From positions 1,472,001-1,536,000 of the forward strand of contig CAVVHE010000004.1 of the NCBI GenBank assembly GCA_963748015.1: a stretch of 64,000 nt of DNA, in the 5' to 3' direction. The notes beneath the pieces were generated by a model. The model saw only the letters and a list, made by a program, of their open reading frames with translations, searched no databases and was not told the DNA's origin. Shown here one piece after another: positions 19,830 through 29,504 of this stretch. Position numbers and translations under genes: made by a program. Every line of letters starts with the position of its first letter. Position 1 is the first letter of the stretch. This DNA comes from Terriglobia bacterium (GTDB lineage: Bacteria > Acidobacteriota > Polarisedimenticolia > Polarisedimenticolales > JAIQFR01).

Positions 19830-20351
19830 ATGAAACCGTGCCGGATCCGTGCGCTCGTCGCCGCATCGCTCGCGTTCCTGGTCGCGTTCCCGCTCGCCCC
19901 CGCGTGCGATGCGGCACCTGCCGCCTCCCTCGGCGGCCGGATCGTCTCCGCGGGAACCGACGCCCCGCTCGCCGGGGCGCGTCTCCACGTCGCCGACGGC
20001 CGCTCGGGCCGGATCGTCACCTCGGGAGTCACGGGAGCGGACGGCGCGTTCGAGGTCGCGGGCCTCGAGCCGGCGTCGTACGACCTGGCGGTCGAGTCCC
20101 GCGGCGGCCTCTACGTCGTCGAGACCCCGGTGCGCCTCGCCGGGGGAGAGCGGCGCTCGATCCAGCTCGCCGTCTCGCCCCAGGCCGCGCCGGCTCCGGC
20201 GCAGGACCCGGCTCCCAAGAAGAAATCCGCCGCCGACGTCTGGAACAACCCTCTCACCGCGACGCTGATCGTCGTGGGCGCAGCGGTGGTCCTGGGACTC
20301 GTCGTCGAGAGCGTGGTGGGCAACCCGTCGGCGAGCCCCTCGGTCCCGTAG
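19830..20351 (+). CDS. Exported carboxypeptidase-regulatory-like (beta-sandwich) domain protein with C-terminal TM segment
   Basis: Signal peptide; GRIV...PLAGA...TGADGAFEVAGLEPASYDL; C-terminal hydrophobic helix followed by SPSVP. Confidence 0.7.
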   Translation: MKPCRIRALVAASLAFLVAFPLAPACDAAPAASLGGRIVSAGTDAPLAGARLHVADGRSGRIVTSGVTGADGAFEVAGLEPASYDLAVESRGGLYVVETPVRLAGGERRSIQLAVSPQAAPAPAQDPAPKKKSAADVWNNPLTATLIVVGAAVVLGLVVESVVGNPSASPSVP

Positions 20352-20461
20352 ACCGCAACGCCTCCGCGGCGCGACACGAGCGCGTCGCCCGAACAAAAAT
20401 AATCCTGCTCCTCGCCTCGTTTTTGCACTTGACTAGGGAAACGTCTAGGAGTAATTATCTT

Positions 20462-20534
20462 GGTGACCTCCTTCTTAGGAGGCCTTGAAACTCGGGCCCG
20501 CCGGCGCAGTCCCGGCCGCCTCGGGTTTCTTTTT
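20462..20534 (+). ncRNA. Candidate small RNA (two hairpins plus U-tract)
   Basis: Upstream TTGACT (20429-20434) and AT-rich -10-like TAATTAT; hairpin cctcct-tctt-aggagg; terminator-like gaaactcggg...ctcgggtttc-ttttt. Confidence 0.45.
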
Positions 20535-20535
20535 C

Positions 20536-21477
20536 TCAGAGCGCTTTTTCCGCGACGTTCTCCACGTACCAGCGATACGTCGAGGCGAGCCCTTCCTCGA
20601 GGGAGATCCGCGGCCTCCAGCCGAGCGCGAAAAGCCTCGACACGTCGAGCCATTTCCTCGGCGCGCCGTCGGGTTTCGACGTATCGAACACGATCCCGCC
20701 GCGATACCCGGTGACCGCGCGAACCGTCTCCGCGAGCTCGGCGACGGTCCGGTCCTCGCCGCATCCCACGTTGACGATGCCGGCCCCGTCGTAGCGCTCC
20801 ATCAGGAACACCGCGGCGTCCGCGAGATCGTCCACGTGCAGGAACTCGCGCCGCGGCGTGCCGGTCCCCCACACGGTCACGGTGGGCGCGCCCGCCGTCT
20901 TCCCCTCGTGGAACCGCCGGATCAGCCCCGGCAGCACGTGCGAGTGCTCCGGGTGGAAGTTGTCCCCCGGTCCGTAGAGGTTCGTGGGCATCGCGCAGAT
21001 CGCGTTGAAGCCGTACTGGCGCCGGTACGACCGGCACAGCTCGATCCCCGCGATCTTGGCGACGGCGTACGCCTCGTTGGTCGGCTCGAGAGGGCCGGTC
21101 AGCAGCGCGTCCTCGCCGATCGGCTGCGCCGCGTGCTTCGGGTAGATGCACGACGAGCCGAGGAAGAGCAGCTTCGCGGCGCCGAAGCGCCGCGCGGCCT
21201 CGATGACGTGGGTCTCGATCAGCAGGTTCTCCCGGATGAAGTCGGCGGGGAAGGTGTCGTTCGCCACGATCCCGCCCACGCGCGCCGCGGCGAGGAACAC
21301 GAACTCCGGGCGCACCTCGGCGAGGAAGCGCTCCGTGGGCTCCTGGCGCGTGAGGTCGAGATCGTCCCGCTCGCGGGTGATCAGGTTCTCGTAACCGTCC
21401 GCCCGGAGGCGGCGCAGGATCGCCGAGCCGACGAGGCCGGTATGCCCGGCGACGTAGATCGGCGCCCCCCTATTCAC
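20536..21477 (-). CDS. fcl: GDP-L-fucose synthase
   Basis: [48 protein letters not shown]. Confidence 0.95.
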   Translation of the reverse strand: MNRGAPIYVAGHTGLVGSAILRRLRADGYENLITRERDDLDLTRQEPTERFLAEVRPEFVFLAAARVGGIVANDTFPADFIRENLLIETHVIEAARRFGAAKLLFLGSSCIYPKHAAQPIGEDALLTGPLEPTNEAYAVAKIAGIELCRSYRRQYGFNAICAMPTNLYGPGDNFHPEHSHVLPGLIRRFHEGKTAGAPTVTVWGTGTPRREFLHVDDLADAAVFLMERYDGAGIVNVGCGEDRTVAELAETVRAVTGYRGGIVFDTSKPDGAPRKWLDVSRLFALGWRPRISLEEGLASTYRWYVENVAEKAL

Positions 21478-22516
21478 CGCGCTCCCCGCTCGAGACGACC
21501 CGGTGGCCGGCGGCGCGCAGCGTCTTCTCCTGGCGCGCCAGCTCGAGGTCGTGCGCGGTCATCATCCGCACCAGCTCCGCGAAGCCGACCGACGGCCGCC
21601 AGCCGAGCTTCTCCCTCGCCTTGGTCGCGTCGCCGCGCAGGTCGTTGACTTCCGTCGGCCGCAGGTAGCGCGCGTCCAGCTCCACGAGCCCCGCGGGATC
21701 GAGCCCGATCGCGGCGCAGGCCTCCTCGAAGAACTCGCGGACCGAGTGCGCCTCTCCCGTGGCCACGACGTAATCGCCGGGGGCGTCCTGCTGGAGCATC
21801 CGCCACATCGCGTCCACGTAGTCGCCGGCGAAACCCCAGTCGCGCCGCGCCTCGAGGTTGCCGAGGTAGACCTTCCTCGCGAGGCCCTCCTTGATCCGGC
21901 CGAGGGCGCGCGTGATCTTGCGGGTCACGAAGGTCTCGCCCCGCCGCGGCGACTCGTGGTTGAACAGGATGCCGTTCGCGATGAACATCCCGTACGCCTC
22001 GCGGTAGTTCACCCCGTACCAGTGCGCCGCCACCTTGCTGACCGCGTAGGGGCTGCGCGGGTAGAACGGCGTCGTCTCGCGCTGCGGCGAGGGCGCCGCC
22101 CCGAACATCTCGGACGAGCCCGCCTGGTAGATCCTCACCTCGCGGCCGTTCCCGGCCATGTGGTCGCGCAGCGCCTCGAGGAGCCGCAGCGCCCCCACCC
22201 CGTCCACGTCCGCCGTGTAGGTCGGCGCCTCGAAGCTGACCTTGACGTGCGACTGCGCGCCGAGGTTGTACACCTCGTCCGGCTGGACCTTCTCCAGCAC
22301 GCGGCGCAGGCCGGTGCCGTCCGCCAGGTCGCCGTAGTGGAGGAAGAGGCGCGTCCCCGCGTCGTGCGGGTCGCGATAGATGTGATCGATCCGGCCCGTG
22401 TTGAACGTGCTGGCCCGGCGGATGATCCCGTGCACTTCGTACCCCTTCCCGAGCAGCAGCTCGGTGAGGTACGACCCGTCTTGCCCCGTGATTCCCGTGA
22501 TCAGCGCTCGCTTCAT
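21470..22516 (-). CDS. gmd: GDP-mannose 4,6-dehydratase
   Basis: [47 protein letters not shown]. Confidence 0.97.
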   Translation of the reverse strand: MKRALITGITGQDGSYLTELLLGKGYEVHGIIRRASTFNTGRIDHIYRDPHDAGTRLFLHYGDLADGTGLRRVLEKVQPDEVYNLGAQSHVKVSFEAPTYTADVDGVGALRLLEALRDHMAGNGREVRIYQAGSSEMFGAAPSPQRETTPFYPRSPYAVSKVAAHWYGVNYREAYGMFIANGILFNHESPRRGETFVTRKITRALGRIKEGLARKVYLGNLEARRDWGFAGDYVDAMWRMLQQDAPGDYVVATGEAHSVREFFEEACAAIGLDPAGLVELDARYLRPTEVNDLRGDATKAREKLGWRPSVGFAELVRMMTAHDLELARQEKTLRAAGHRVVSSGERGE

Positions 22517-22581
22517 CGCGCAGGCCTCCCGATTCGTCGCCGGGCAAGGTTACACCAGTGGGAACGCGGATGGCGCGCGGG

Positions 22582-24366
22582 TCAGAACCGCCACTCCCCC
22601 ATTCGGTCCGGCTCGGCGTCGGGATTGTCGAGGAACCCGGACCAGCAGGAGACCTCGCGGGCGAGGGCGCGATCGCGGCAGAGGTTGACGCGGCGGAGGG
22701 AGCCCGGGGCGGGGAGGCCGCCGATCGCGTCCCAGGGGATCGCGACCTCGGCGGTCCAGGCGCTCTCGCCGACGTGGACGGCGCTGCGCCACGGCGCCGC
22801 GGAGACCGCGGAGAGCGGCATCGCCCCGGTCCAGGGGCGCTCGCCGCGGACGTTGCCGGGGTTGAGCACGAAGGTGCGGCGCGGCGCCGGCGCCTCGCCG
22901 ACGCTCAGGAACAGCTCGACCTCGTCCCCTTCGTAGCCCGGGCGGTCCGTCCCTTCGAGCGCGGCCTTGAGCCGCGCCGGGTTCGGCTCGTCGCAGCGGA
23001 AGGCCAGGTAGAGCGCCTTGTCGTCGTAGGCGGCCCACGCCGTCGTGCGCGCGTCGGGCAAGTCCTTGAGGGCCTTGGCCCGCACGAGGAACGGCGCCAG
23101 CGGAGAGTGCATGGACCACGCGGGATCGTCGAGGCTGCCGTCGAGGCTAGGAGGCGGCTCCGAGGGCTCGAGCCGCCTCGCGCGGGCGGAGCGCGTGAGG
23201 AGGCGCATGGCGACGGCGCCGTCCCTCGCCTGCCGCGCCCGCGCGACGAAGTCCTCGATCTCGAAGCCGAGCGGCCGGCCGGCGGCGAGCTTCGCCCGCG
23301 CGGACCGCACGGCCTCCTCGACCCCGGCGGGGATCTCCCCTTTCCACCAGCTCATCCCCTCGCCGTAGAACCAGACGTACTCGTCCGTGGTCGCGAGCGA
23401 CCAGTAGACGTTGTGCTCGAGCCAGAGCATCCGGTCCCGCGGGGTCGCGTAGCGCGACGGGTAGTCGCTCCCCGGCTTCCACCGAGCGAGGACGTAGTCC
23501 ATGTACACGGCCATCCCGGCCTGGACGCGCGACGCGTACGCCTCGCGCGCCTCGGGCGGCACCAGCGCCGCGGCGCCCTCCCTCATGAGGCGATAGCCCC
23601 GGCGGAACTCCTCGCGCGAGCCGTAGTAGTACGACGGCTCGTTCCCGTCCACGATCCGCGTCCCCGGCGCCGCGGCGTCGAGCATCCCGGCGACGAACGC
23701 CGGCAGCAGCGCGTAGATGTCGCCGGCGAGCTTGGCCTGCCGTGCCGCGGGGTCCGGCTCGTCCACGAGGGCGCCGAAGATCCCGAGCTGGAACAGCGTC
23801 AACAGGCGCAGCCCGGGCAGCTCGGCCTCTAGCGCCGCGATGAACTGCCCCCCCCGCTTCCGCACCTCGGCCGCAACCTGCTCGAACGAGCGGTCGGGGT
23901 ACGGCCCCGGGAAGGCCCACGGGTTCGCCCCGTACGGCTCGGGATCGAACGCCACCCCGGCGCACCGCCCCGCCTTCGCCGCGCGCGAGACGAGCCGGAG
24001 GTTCCCCGCGATCGCCTCCCACTGCCCGTCGTCGAACCAGTCCATCCCCCAGACGTCGGTGGCGTTGAGCATCAGGAAATTGTCGGTGAAGCGCCGCCAC
24101 TCGATCCCGCGCAACGTCTCGACCTGAGGCGCGAGCCGCGCAGCGTCCCACCGCCGCGTGTCGAACGCCTGGTTCAGCTCGCGCAGCTTGAAGATGACCC
24201 CGTCGAAAGGACGCTGCTCCATCTCCCGGATGTGGTCCCTCACGTAATCCGGGAACGGCACGTCCCACCCGTACTCGACGAGCTTCTTGGCCGGCGCGGT
24301 CTGCGCCATCGCGGCGCCGGCGAGCAGGGCGCCGAGGATCGCGCTGATGATCCGGAGCGTTCTCAC
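22582..24366 (-). CDS. Secreted putative carbohydrate-active protein with C-terminal CBM9/DOMON-like domain
   Basis: Signal peptide; central AFDPEPY; C-terminal LDGSLDDPAW...AYDDKALYLAFRC...DEVELFL...WTAEVAIPW. Confidence 0.65.
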   Translation of the reverse strand: MRTLRIISAILGALLAGAAMAQTAPAKKLVEYGWDVPFPDYVRDHIREMEQRPFDGVIFKLRELNQAFDTRRWDAARLAPQVETLRGIEWRRFTDNFLMLNATDVWGMDWFDDGQWEAIAGNLRLVSRAAKAGRCAGVAFDPEPYGANPWAFPGPYPDRSFEQVAAEVRKRGGQFIAALEAELPGLRLLTLFQLGIFGALVDEPDPAARQAKLAGDIYALLPAFVAGMLDAAAPGTRIVDGNEPSYYYGSREEFRRGYRLMREGAAALVPPEAREAYASRVQAGMAVYMDYVLARWKPGSDYPSRYATPRDRMLWLEHNVYWSLATTDEYVWFYGEGMSWWKGEIPAGVEEAVRSARAKLAAGRPLGFEIEDFVARARQARDGAVAMRLLTRSARARRLEPSEPPPSLDGSLDDPAWSMHSPLAPFLVRAKALKDLPDARTTAWAAYDDKALYLAFRCDEPNPARLKAALEGTDRPGYEGDEVELFLSVGEAPAPRRTFVLNPGNVRGERPWTGAMPLSAVSAAPWRSAVHVGESAWTAEVAIPWDAIGGLPAPGSLRRVNLCRDRALAREVSCWSGFLDNPDAEPDRMGEWRF

Positions 24367-24552
24367 GGGGACTAGGCTACCGCAATCCGACCGCAGCTGG
24401 CCGTCTCCCCTCGGCAACCCTCATCGCTGCATTCGGTGGACCACTCGGGCTTCGCGGCGCGATGTTCGATGCTCGAGTCCCGCATCCCGGTAAGACTTGA
24501 TCCTGACTCACCTCGAGATTTCGGTCGGCTCGCTGACCCGCCTCCCTCCTCC

Positions 24553-24586
24553 TTGACAAGCATTACCACATGGGGTAACAGTATTA
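24553..24586 (+). promoter_or_regulatory. Sigma70-type promoter with overlapping palindromic operator
   Basis: TTGACA at 24553-24558; near-palindrome TTACCACATGGGGTAA at 24563-24578; ATG follows at 24587 with no RBS. Confidence 0.6.
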
Positions 24587-24781
24587 ATGAGCAAGATCCG
24601 GCGGGGTGGATATGTCTTCATCACCAGGATCGGCGACCACATGCCAAGGCACGTCCATGTGTACCGCGATGGAGAGCTCGTCGTGAAGTGGGATCTCGAA
24701 GAGATGCGAGCCATGCGCGGAGAAGGCCCCGCGCGTGTGATCCAGCTGATCGAGGAACTCGAGCGCGAGGGGTTGTTATGA
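24587..24781 (+). CDS. Small DUF4160-like protein (putative toxin)
   Basis: 64 aa; DHMPRHVHV matches the HxPxHxH motif of DUF4160-type proteins; ATGA-coupled to the next gene. Confidence 0.65.
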   Translation: MSKIRRGGYVFITRIGDHMPRHVHVYRDGELVVKWDLEEMRAMRGEGPARVIQLIEELEREGLL

Positions 24782-25245
24782 AAATCCGTGCGGTGTCGGC
24801 CAACAACCGGAAGAAGGTCTTCGAGGTGAGAACGGCGACGACGCTACTTTCGTTTCCCTACGTCAAGTCCGACCCGAAGCCGACGCCCGAGGACCGGATC
24901 GAGCGCCTCTACGTTGACGACGAGCTGGCCCGTGAGGGGTTCACCTACGTCCTGGAGTCCGGGCGGGAGGGAACCGTCCACATCGAGCACGTTCTCGAGT
25001 ACAACAAAGACCCCGGATTCCTCCGCGATGCGCTGCTCTACAAGCTCACCATCGAGGCCGGGAAGCGCGTCGCCGCGAGCCCGCTTGCGCGCCGGGAGAT
25101 CATCCGGCGCCTCGACACGTCGGCCACCCAGTTCTATCGCCTGCTCGACCCGACGAACTACCGGAAGTCCATCGACCAGGTACTCTCCCTCCTCCACGTC
25201 CTCGACTGCGACGTGGACCTGGTGGTGCGCGACAGGAGCGCATGA
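24778..25245 (+). CDS. Putative antitoxin/regulator with C-terminal XRE-like HTH
   Basis: C-terminal ARREIIRRLDTSATQFYRLLDP...SIDQVLSLLHVLDCDVDL is HTH-like. Confidence 0.6.
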   Translation: MKIRAVSANNRKKVFEVRTATTLLSFPYVKSDPKPTPEDRIERLYVDDELAREGFTYVLESGREGTVHIEHVLEYNKDPGFLRDALLYKLTIEAGKRVAASPLARREIIRRLDTSATQFYRLLDPTNYRKSIDQVLSLLHVLDCDVDLVVRDRSA

Positions 25246-25262
25246 ACGGCGAAAGCCACCGC

Positions 25263-25291
25263 TTGACTGCCCGCCCCGTCCTCGCAATACT
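25263..25291 (+). promoter_or_regulatory. Putative sigma70 promoter of the polysaccharide operon
   Basis: TTGACT-17 bp-AATACT upstream of the first wzc. Confidence 0.5.
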
Positions 25292-25384
25292 AGGCCGACT
25301 TCCCGGACGACCCGCATCCTACCCCCGGGTCTGGGGGAAGATGTTGTCGTGTAGGGAGTTCCGCTCGAAGAGCCGGGAGGCAGG

Positions 25385-27709
25385 ATGACCGATCCGAACA
25401 CCGGAGCCAGCGGGCCCGCGGGGCCGGCGCCCCAGGACGGCCAGCAGGAAGAATCCATCCACCTCCTGGACTACTGGCGGATCCTGGTCGAGCGGCGCGC
25501 GGTGGTGTTCGCGTGCCTCGCCATCCTCGTGACGAGCGCCCTGGTCTACTCCCTCTTCGCCACCCGCGAGTACGAGGCGGTCACGACGATCCAGATCGAG
25601 CGGCAAGGGCCCGAGATCCTCGGCTTCAAGGACGTCGTCAGCGTGGACTCGGCCTGGAACGCCTACCAGGACTTCTACCAGACCCAGTACAAGATCCTGC
25701 AGAGCCGCACGGTCGCCCGCATCGCGGCGGAGCGGCTCGACCTGATGAACCGCCCCGAGTTCGTCTCGAGGCGAAGCTCCCCGATCCAGCGCGCCATCTC
25801 GGCCCTCCGCTCGTCCATCTCCTTCTCGAGCGCGGCGCCGGACCTCAACAACGACCCGCTGCGCCCCGCGATCGGCTTCATCCAGGGGAGCCTCGCCGTC
25901 CAGCCGATCCGCAACAGCCGCCTGGTGAAGATCTCGTTCACCGACAGCAACCGCGTCCTGGCCGCCGAGGTCGCCAACTCCATCGCCGAGGCCTACCAGC
26001 AGTTCAACTTCGACGCCCGCTACAGCACGACCAGCCAGGCGTCCGAGTTCCTCACCAAGGAAGTCGCGCGCGTGCAGCGCGAGATCTCCGACCTCGAGGG
26101 GAAGCTGCAGGAGTACAGCCGGAAGAAGGAGATCCTCTCGGCCAACGACGGCACCCGGGACATCAGCCAGCAGGCGCTCTCGGACCTCAACACCCGCTAC
26201 GTGGACGCGCAGGGCCGCCTGGCGATCGCCGAGGCGCGCTACAACGCGGCCAAGAGCATCCCGCCCGAGTCGCTCCCCGAGGTGCTGAACTCGCCGCTGA
26301 TCTCGAACCTGAGGCAGCAGTACGCCGAGGTCGAGCGGCGCCACAGCCAGATGTCCGAGCGGTTCAAGCCCGACTGGCCCCCCCTGCAGCAGCTCCAGCA
26401 GGAGCTGGACATCGCGCGCGACCGCCTGCGCATCGAGTCGGAAGGCATCGCGAGCCAGGTGCGCGGCGTCGCCAGGGCCGACTACGACCGGGTGCGCGGC
26501 GAGGTCGCCGGCCTCCAGACGCAGCTCGAGACGCAGAAGCAAGAGGTGCAGCGGGTCAACCGGGACGGGATCGAGTACGCGAGCCTGAGATCCGAGATCG
26601 AATCGCGCCGCAACGTCCTGGGCAACCTCGTCGCCCGCAAGAGCGAGACGTCCACATCCGAGAGGCTCGCCGACACGCGCGCGAGCAACGTGAGGATCGT
26701 GGACCGCGCCGAGCCGCCGCGGTCGCCCGTCCGGCCGCGGAAGGCCCTCAACCTGCTCCTCTCGGTCGTCTTCGGCCTTGGCCTCGGCGTCGGCATGGCG
26801 TTCCTGCTCGACCATCTCGACAACACCCTCAAGACCGAGCAGGACCTGCAGCGGGCCGCCGGCCTCCCCGCGCTGGGGTACGTGCCGCTCCTCCAGCCCT
26901 TGCGCGTCGTGACGGAGGGATCGGAGAAGAGCCCGGCCGCGCCCCCCTCGCAGGCCGTCGATCTCGCCAGCCATCGCGACCCACGCTCGCAATTCTCCGA
27001 GGCGTTCAAGAACCTGCGGACCTCGCTCCTGCTGGCGTCGGCCTCGCGCCCGCCGCGCACGATCGTGGTCACCTCCGCCGAGCCGGGGGACGGAAAATCC
27101 ACAGTCGCCCTCAACCTCGCCATCGTGCTGACCCAGCTCGGGCGGCGCGTGCTGATCGTGGACGCCGACCTTCGAAGGCCGCGCCTCCACAAGATGCTGC
27201 ACGCCCCGAACACCGTCGGCCTGTCGAGCTACTTGAGCGGAAACGCGCAGCCGGCCGAGCTGATGCAGGAGACCGAGGTCCCGAACCTGCTCGCGATCAC
27301 GAGCGGTCCGATCCCGCCGAACCCCAGCGAGCTGCTCGGCTCCTCGACCCTCGAGACGATGGTCGAGCGGCTGATCGAGGTGGGGCGCTTCGACCACGTG
27401 ATCCTCGACTCTCCCCCGGCCGTCCAGATCGCCGACAGCGTGATCCTCTCGTCCCGCATGGAAGCGACGATCCTGGTCGTGCGGGCGGGGAAGACCTCGC
27501 GCACGTCGGTCGCGCAGGCGGCGGGGCGCCTTCGCCAGTCCCGGGGGCGCGTGGTGGGCGCGGTCCTCAACGCCATCCAGGAGTCCGGCCGGTACTACTA
27601 CTACTACCGGTACAAGTACTACCGGCACTACGGAGAGGAAGACCAGACCGCGGGTGAGCCGAAGCCGGCCTGGTCGCGCAAGTCGCGCCGCCGCGCCGGG
27701 CAAGCGTAG
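25385..27709 (+). CDS. wzc: Polysaccharide co-polymerase/tyrosine autokinase (Wzc/GumC family), copy 1
   Basis: N-terminal Wzz-like TM segment and coiled coil; Walker A TSAEPGDGKST; VDADLRRP; LDSPP; C-terminal Tyr cluster RYYYYYRYKYY. Confidence 0.92.
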   Translation: MTDPNTGASGPAGPAPQDGQQEESIHLLDYWRILVERRAVVFACLAILVTSALVYSLFATREYEAVTTIQIERQGPEILGFKDVVSVDSAWNAYQDFYQTQYKILQSRTVARIAAERLDLMNRPEFVSRRSSPIQRAISALRSSISFSSAAPDLNNDPLRPAIGFIQGSLAVQPIRNSRLVKISFTDSNRVLAAEVANSIAEAYQQFNFDARYSTTSQASEFLTKEVARVQREISDLEGKLQEYSRKKEILSANDGTRDISQQALSDLNTRYVDAQGRLAIAEARYNAAKSIPPESLPEVLNSPLISNLRQQYAEVERRHSQMSERFKPDWPPLQQLQQELDIARDRLRIESEGIASQVRGVARADYDRVRGEVAGLQTQLETQKQEVQRVNRDGIEYASLRSEIESRRNVLGNLVARKSETSTSERLADTRASNVRIVDRAEPPRSPVRPRKALNLLLSVVFGLGLGVGMAFLLDHLDNTLKTEQDLQRAAGLPALGYVPLLQPLRVVTEGSEKSPAAPPSQAVDLASHRDPRSQFSEAFKNLRTSLLLASASRPPRTIVVTSAEPGDGKSTVALNLAIVLTQLGRRVLIVDADLRRPRLHKMLHAPNTVGLSSYLSGNAQPAELMQETEVPNLLAITSGPIPPNPSELLGSSTLETMVERLIEVGRFDHVILDSPPAVQIADSVILSSRMEATILVVRAGKTSRTSVAQAAGRLRQSRGRVVGAVLNAIQESGRYYYYYRYKYYRHYGEEDQTAGEPKPAWSRKSRRRAGQA

Positions 27710-27726
27710 CCGCGGGCCGCACGGCC

Positions 27727-29281
27727 ATGTCCGTCGAGACAGCTCGAACCGGCCTCCGCGGGGCGCTCCTGGCCCTTCTCCTGCTCTCGCCCCTTCCCTT
27801 CGGGAGCGTCGAGCCGTGGGCCGTGCTGGCCCTCGAGCTTTCGGCCGCGGCCCTGGGCGCCGTCGCCCTGTGCCTCGTCGCCCTCGACCCGGCCGTGCTC
27901 GAATCGCGGGCGCGGATGGCGCTGGCCCTCGGCGGGACCGTCGTCCTCATCGGCGTCGTGCAGCTCGTGCCGCTGCCGGGGGGCTGGTCGCGCCTCGTGG
28001 CCTCGCCGACGCAGGCGCTGCGAGAGCAGCTCGCGCGGTTCCTGCCGGAGGTTTCGGCGACGGTGACGCCGCAGAGCCTCGAGCCGCCGGCCACGTCGGA
28101 CGCGGTCCTCCGGTTCGCCGCCTACGTCCTGATCGGCCTCGCCGCGGTGGTCGCCGTGCGTACCCCCGCGCACCTGCGGCAGGTCGCCGTGGTCATCGCC
28201 GCCTCCGGAGCGTTCCAGGCGATCTACGGCTCCGCGGAGTACCTGACCGGCCACCAGCACATCTTCGGCTACGCCAAGAAGTTCTACGCGGACGAGGCGA
28301 GCGGGACGTTCATCAACCGGAACCACTTCGCCGGCTACCTGGCGATGACGCTGCCGTTCGCCCTCGGGCTGATGCTCGACAGCGCGCGCAGCCTGCCCGA
28401 CGCGCGCTCGTTTCGGGAGAGGATCCTGCAGCTCGGCGAGACGGGAGGCCTGCGCCTGGCCCTGGGCGCCGCCGCGGCCGCCGCGATCTGGATCGGCGTG
28501 ATCCTGTCGTACTCGCGCGGCGGCCTGGCGGTCGCGCTCGCGGGGACCGCGTTCCTCGCCTGGCGCCTGAGCCTGCGGCGCAGGCGAGCGTGGCTTCTCG
28601 TCGCGGCGCTCCTGATCCCCACCGCCCTGCTCCTGTGGTCGCAGGTGCGCGCGCCCGGCGAGCGATTCGTCTCCGAGAGCAGCAATGTCACCACGCTTGA
28701 ACGGCCGCCTGCCCGTGTGGCGCGCGTCGCTGGCCATGATCCCCGGCTACTGGGCTCTCGGCACCGGCATCGGGACGTTCGAGAGCGCCTTCGAGCTGGT
28801 CCGGCCTCCCGCCCTCGAAGGCGGCTGGGACCACGCGCACAACGACTGGCTCGAGGGGCTGACCGAAGGCGGCCCCCTCGCACTCGCGGCCGGTGTGCTC
28901 CTCGCGGTCGTGGCCCTGGGACTGCGCTCGCGCGCGCCGAAGTCCGAGCGTGGCCAGGACCCGATTCACATGGCCGCCTGCGCCGCGGTCGTCGCGATCG
29001 CGCTCTTCAGCCTGGGGGACTTCTCGCTTCGCATCCCGGCGATCGCGCTTCTGTCGGCGGCCGCCGTACCGCTGGCCGCGAGCCGCCTCCTGGGCGCGCC
29101 CTTCGCGCGGTGGCGCGTCGGTGCTTTCCCACCGGCGCCAGCAGCTCGCGGGGCAATCGGGGGCTTAGCGCTCAGTCCGCAGCCGGCGCGAAAGTCACGT
29201 CGTCGAGCCAGGCGTCCATCGTTCCCGGGAATGCAACTAGGAATTCGATTCGAACCACCGTGGCTCCCGGGGGCGACGTGA
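27727..29281 (+). CDS. O-antigen ligase family protein (frameshift near 28696; 3' end uncertain)
   Basis: GTFINRNHFAGYL and SYSRGG in one frame, continuing into GTGIGTF, HAHNDWLE and DFSLRIPA in the next frame. Confidence 0.8.
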
Positions 29282-29504
29282 ACTGCCTGCGTCGGCCCGG
29301 GCTCAGGATGTACCCCCCTCTGCGTGGGTAACATCGTACGTGGCGCGATGATGCAGACCACGGTCACATGGTTGAGACGGCGCGATTCGATCGCTGCCCA
29401 GGAACCCGCGTTACTGGCGTATGCTTGAGGACCGTGCGGGGTCAGATTCCAGACTAGGAAGCGATTCTCGAGTTGTGAGGTACCCTGTCGCCGTGCAGCC
29501 AAGA

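Noticed and set aside
24373..24384. ops/JUMPStart-like GCGGTAGC on the minus strand upstream of the hydrolase-gmd-fcl arm
   Set aside because: Only a partial match, no JUMPStart context, no RfaH-like gene in the window, and likely by chance in GC-rich DNA.
27593..27607. (TAC)5 microsatellite as a phase-variation tract
   Set aside because: It encodes the standard C-terminal tyrosine cluster of Wzc, and a trinucleotide unit would not shift the frame.
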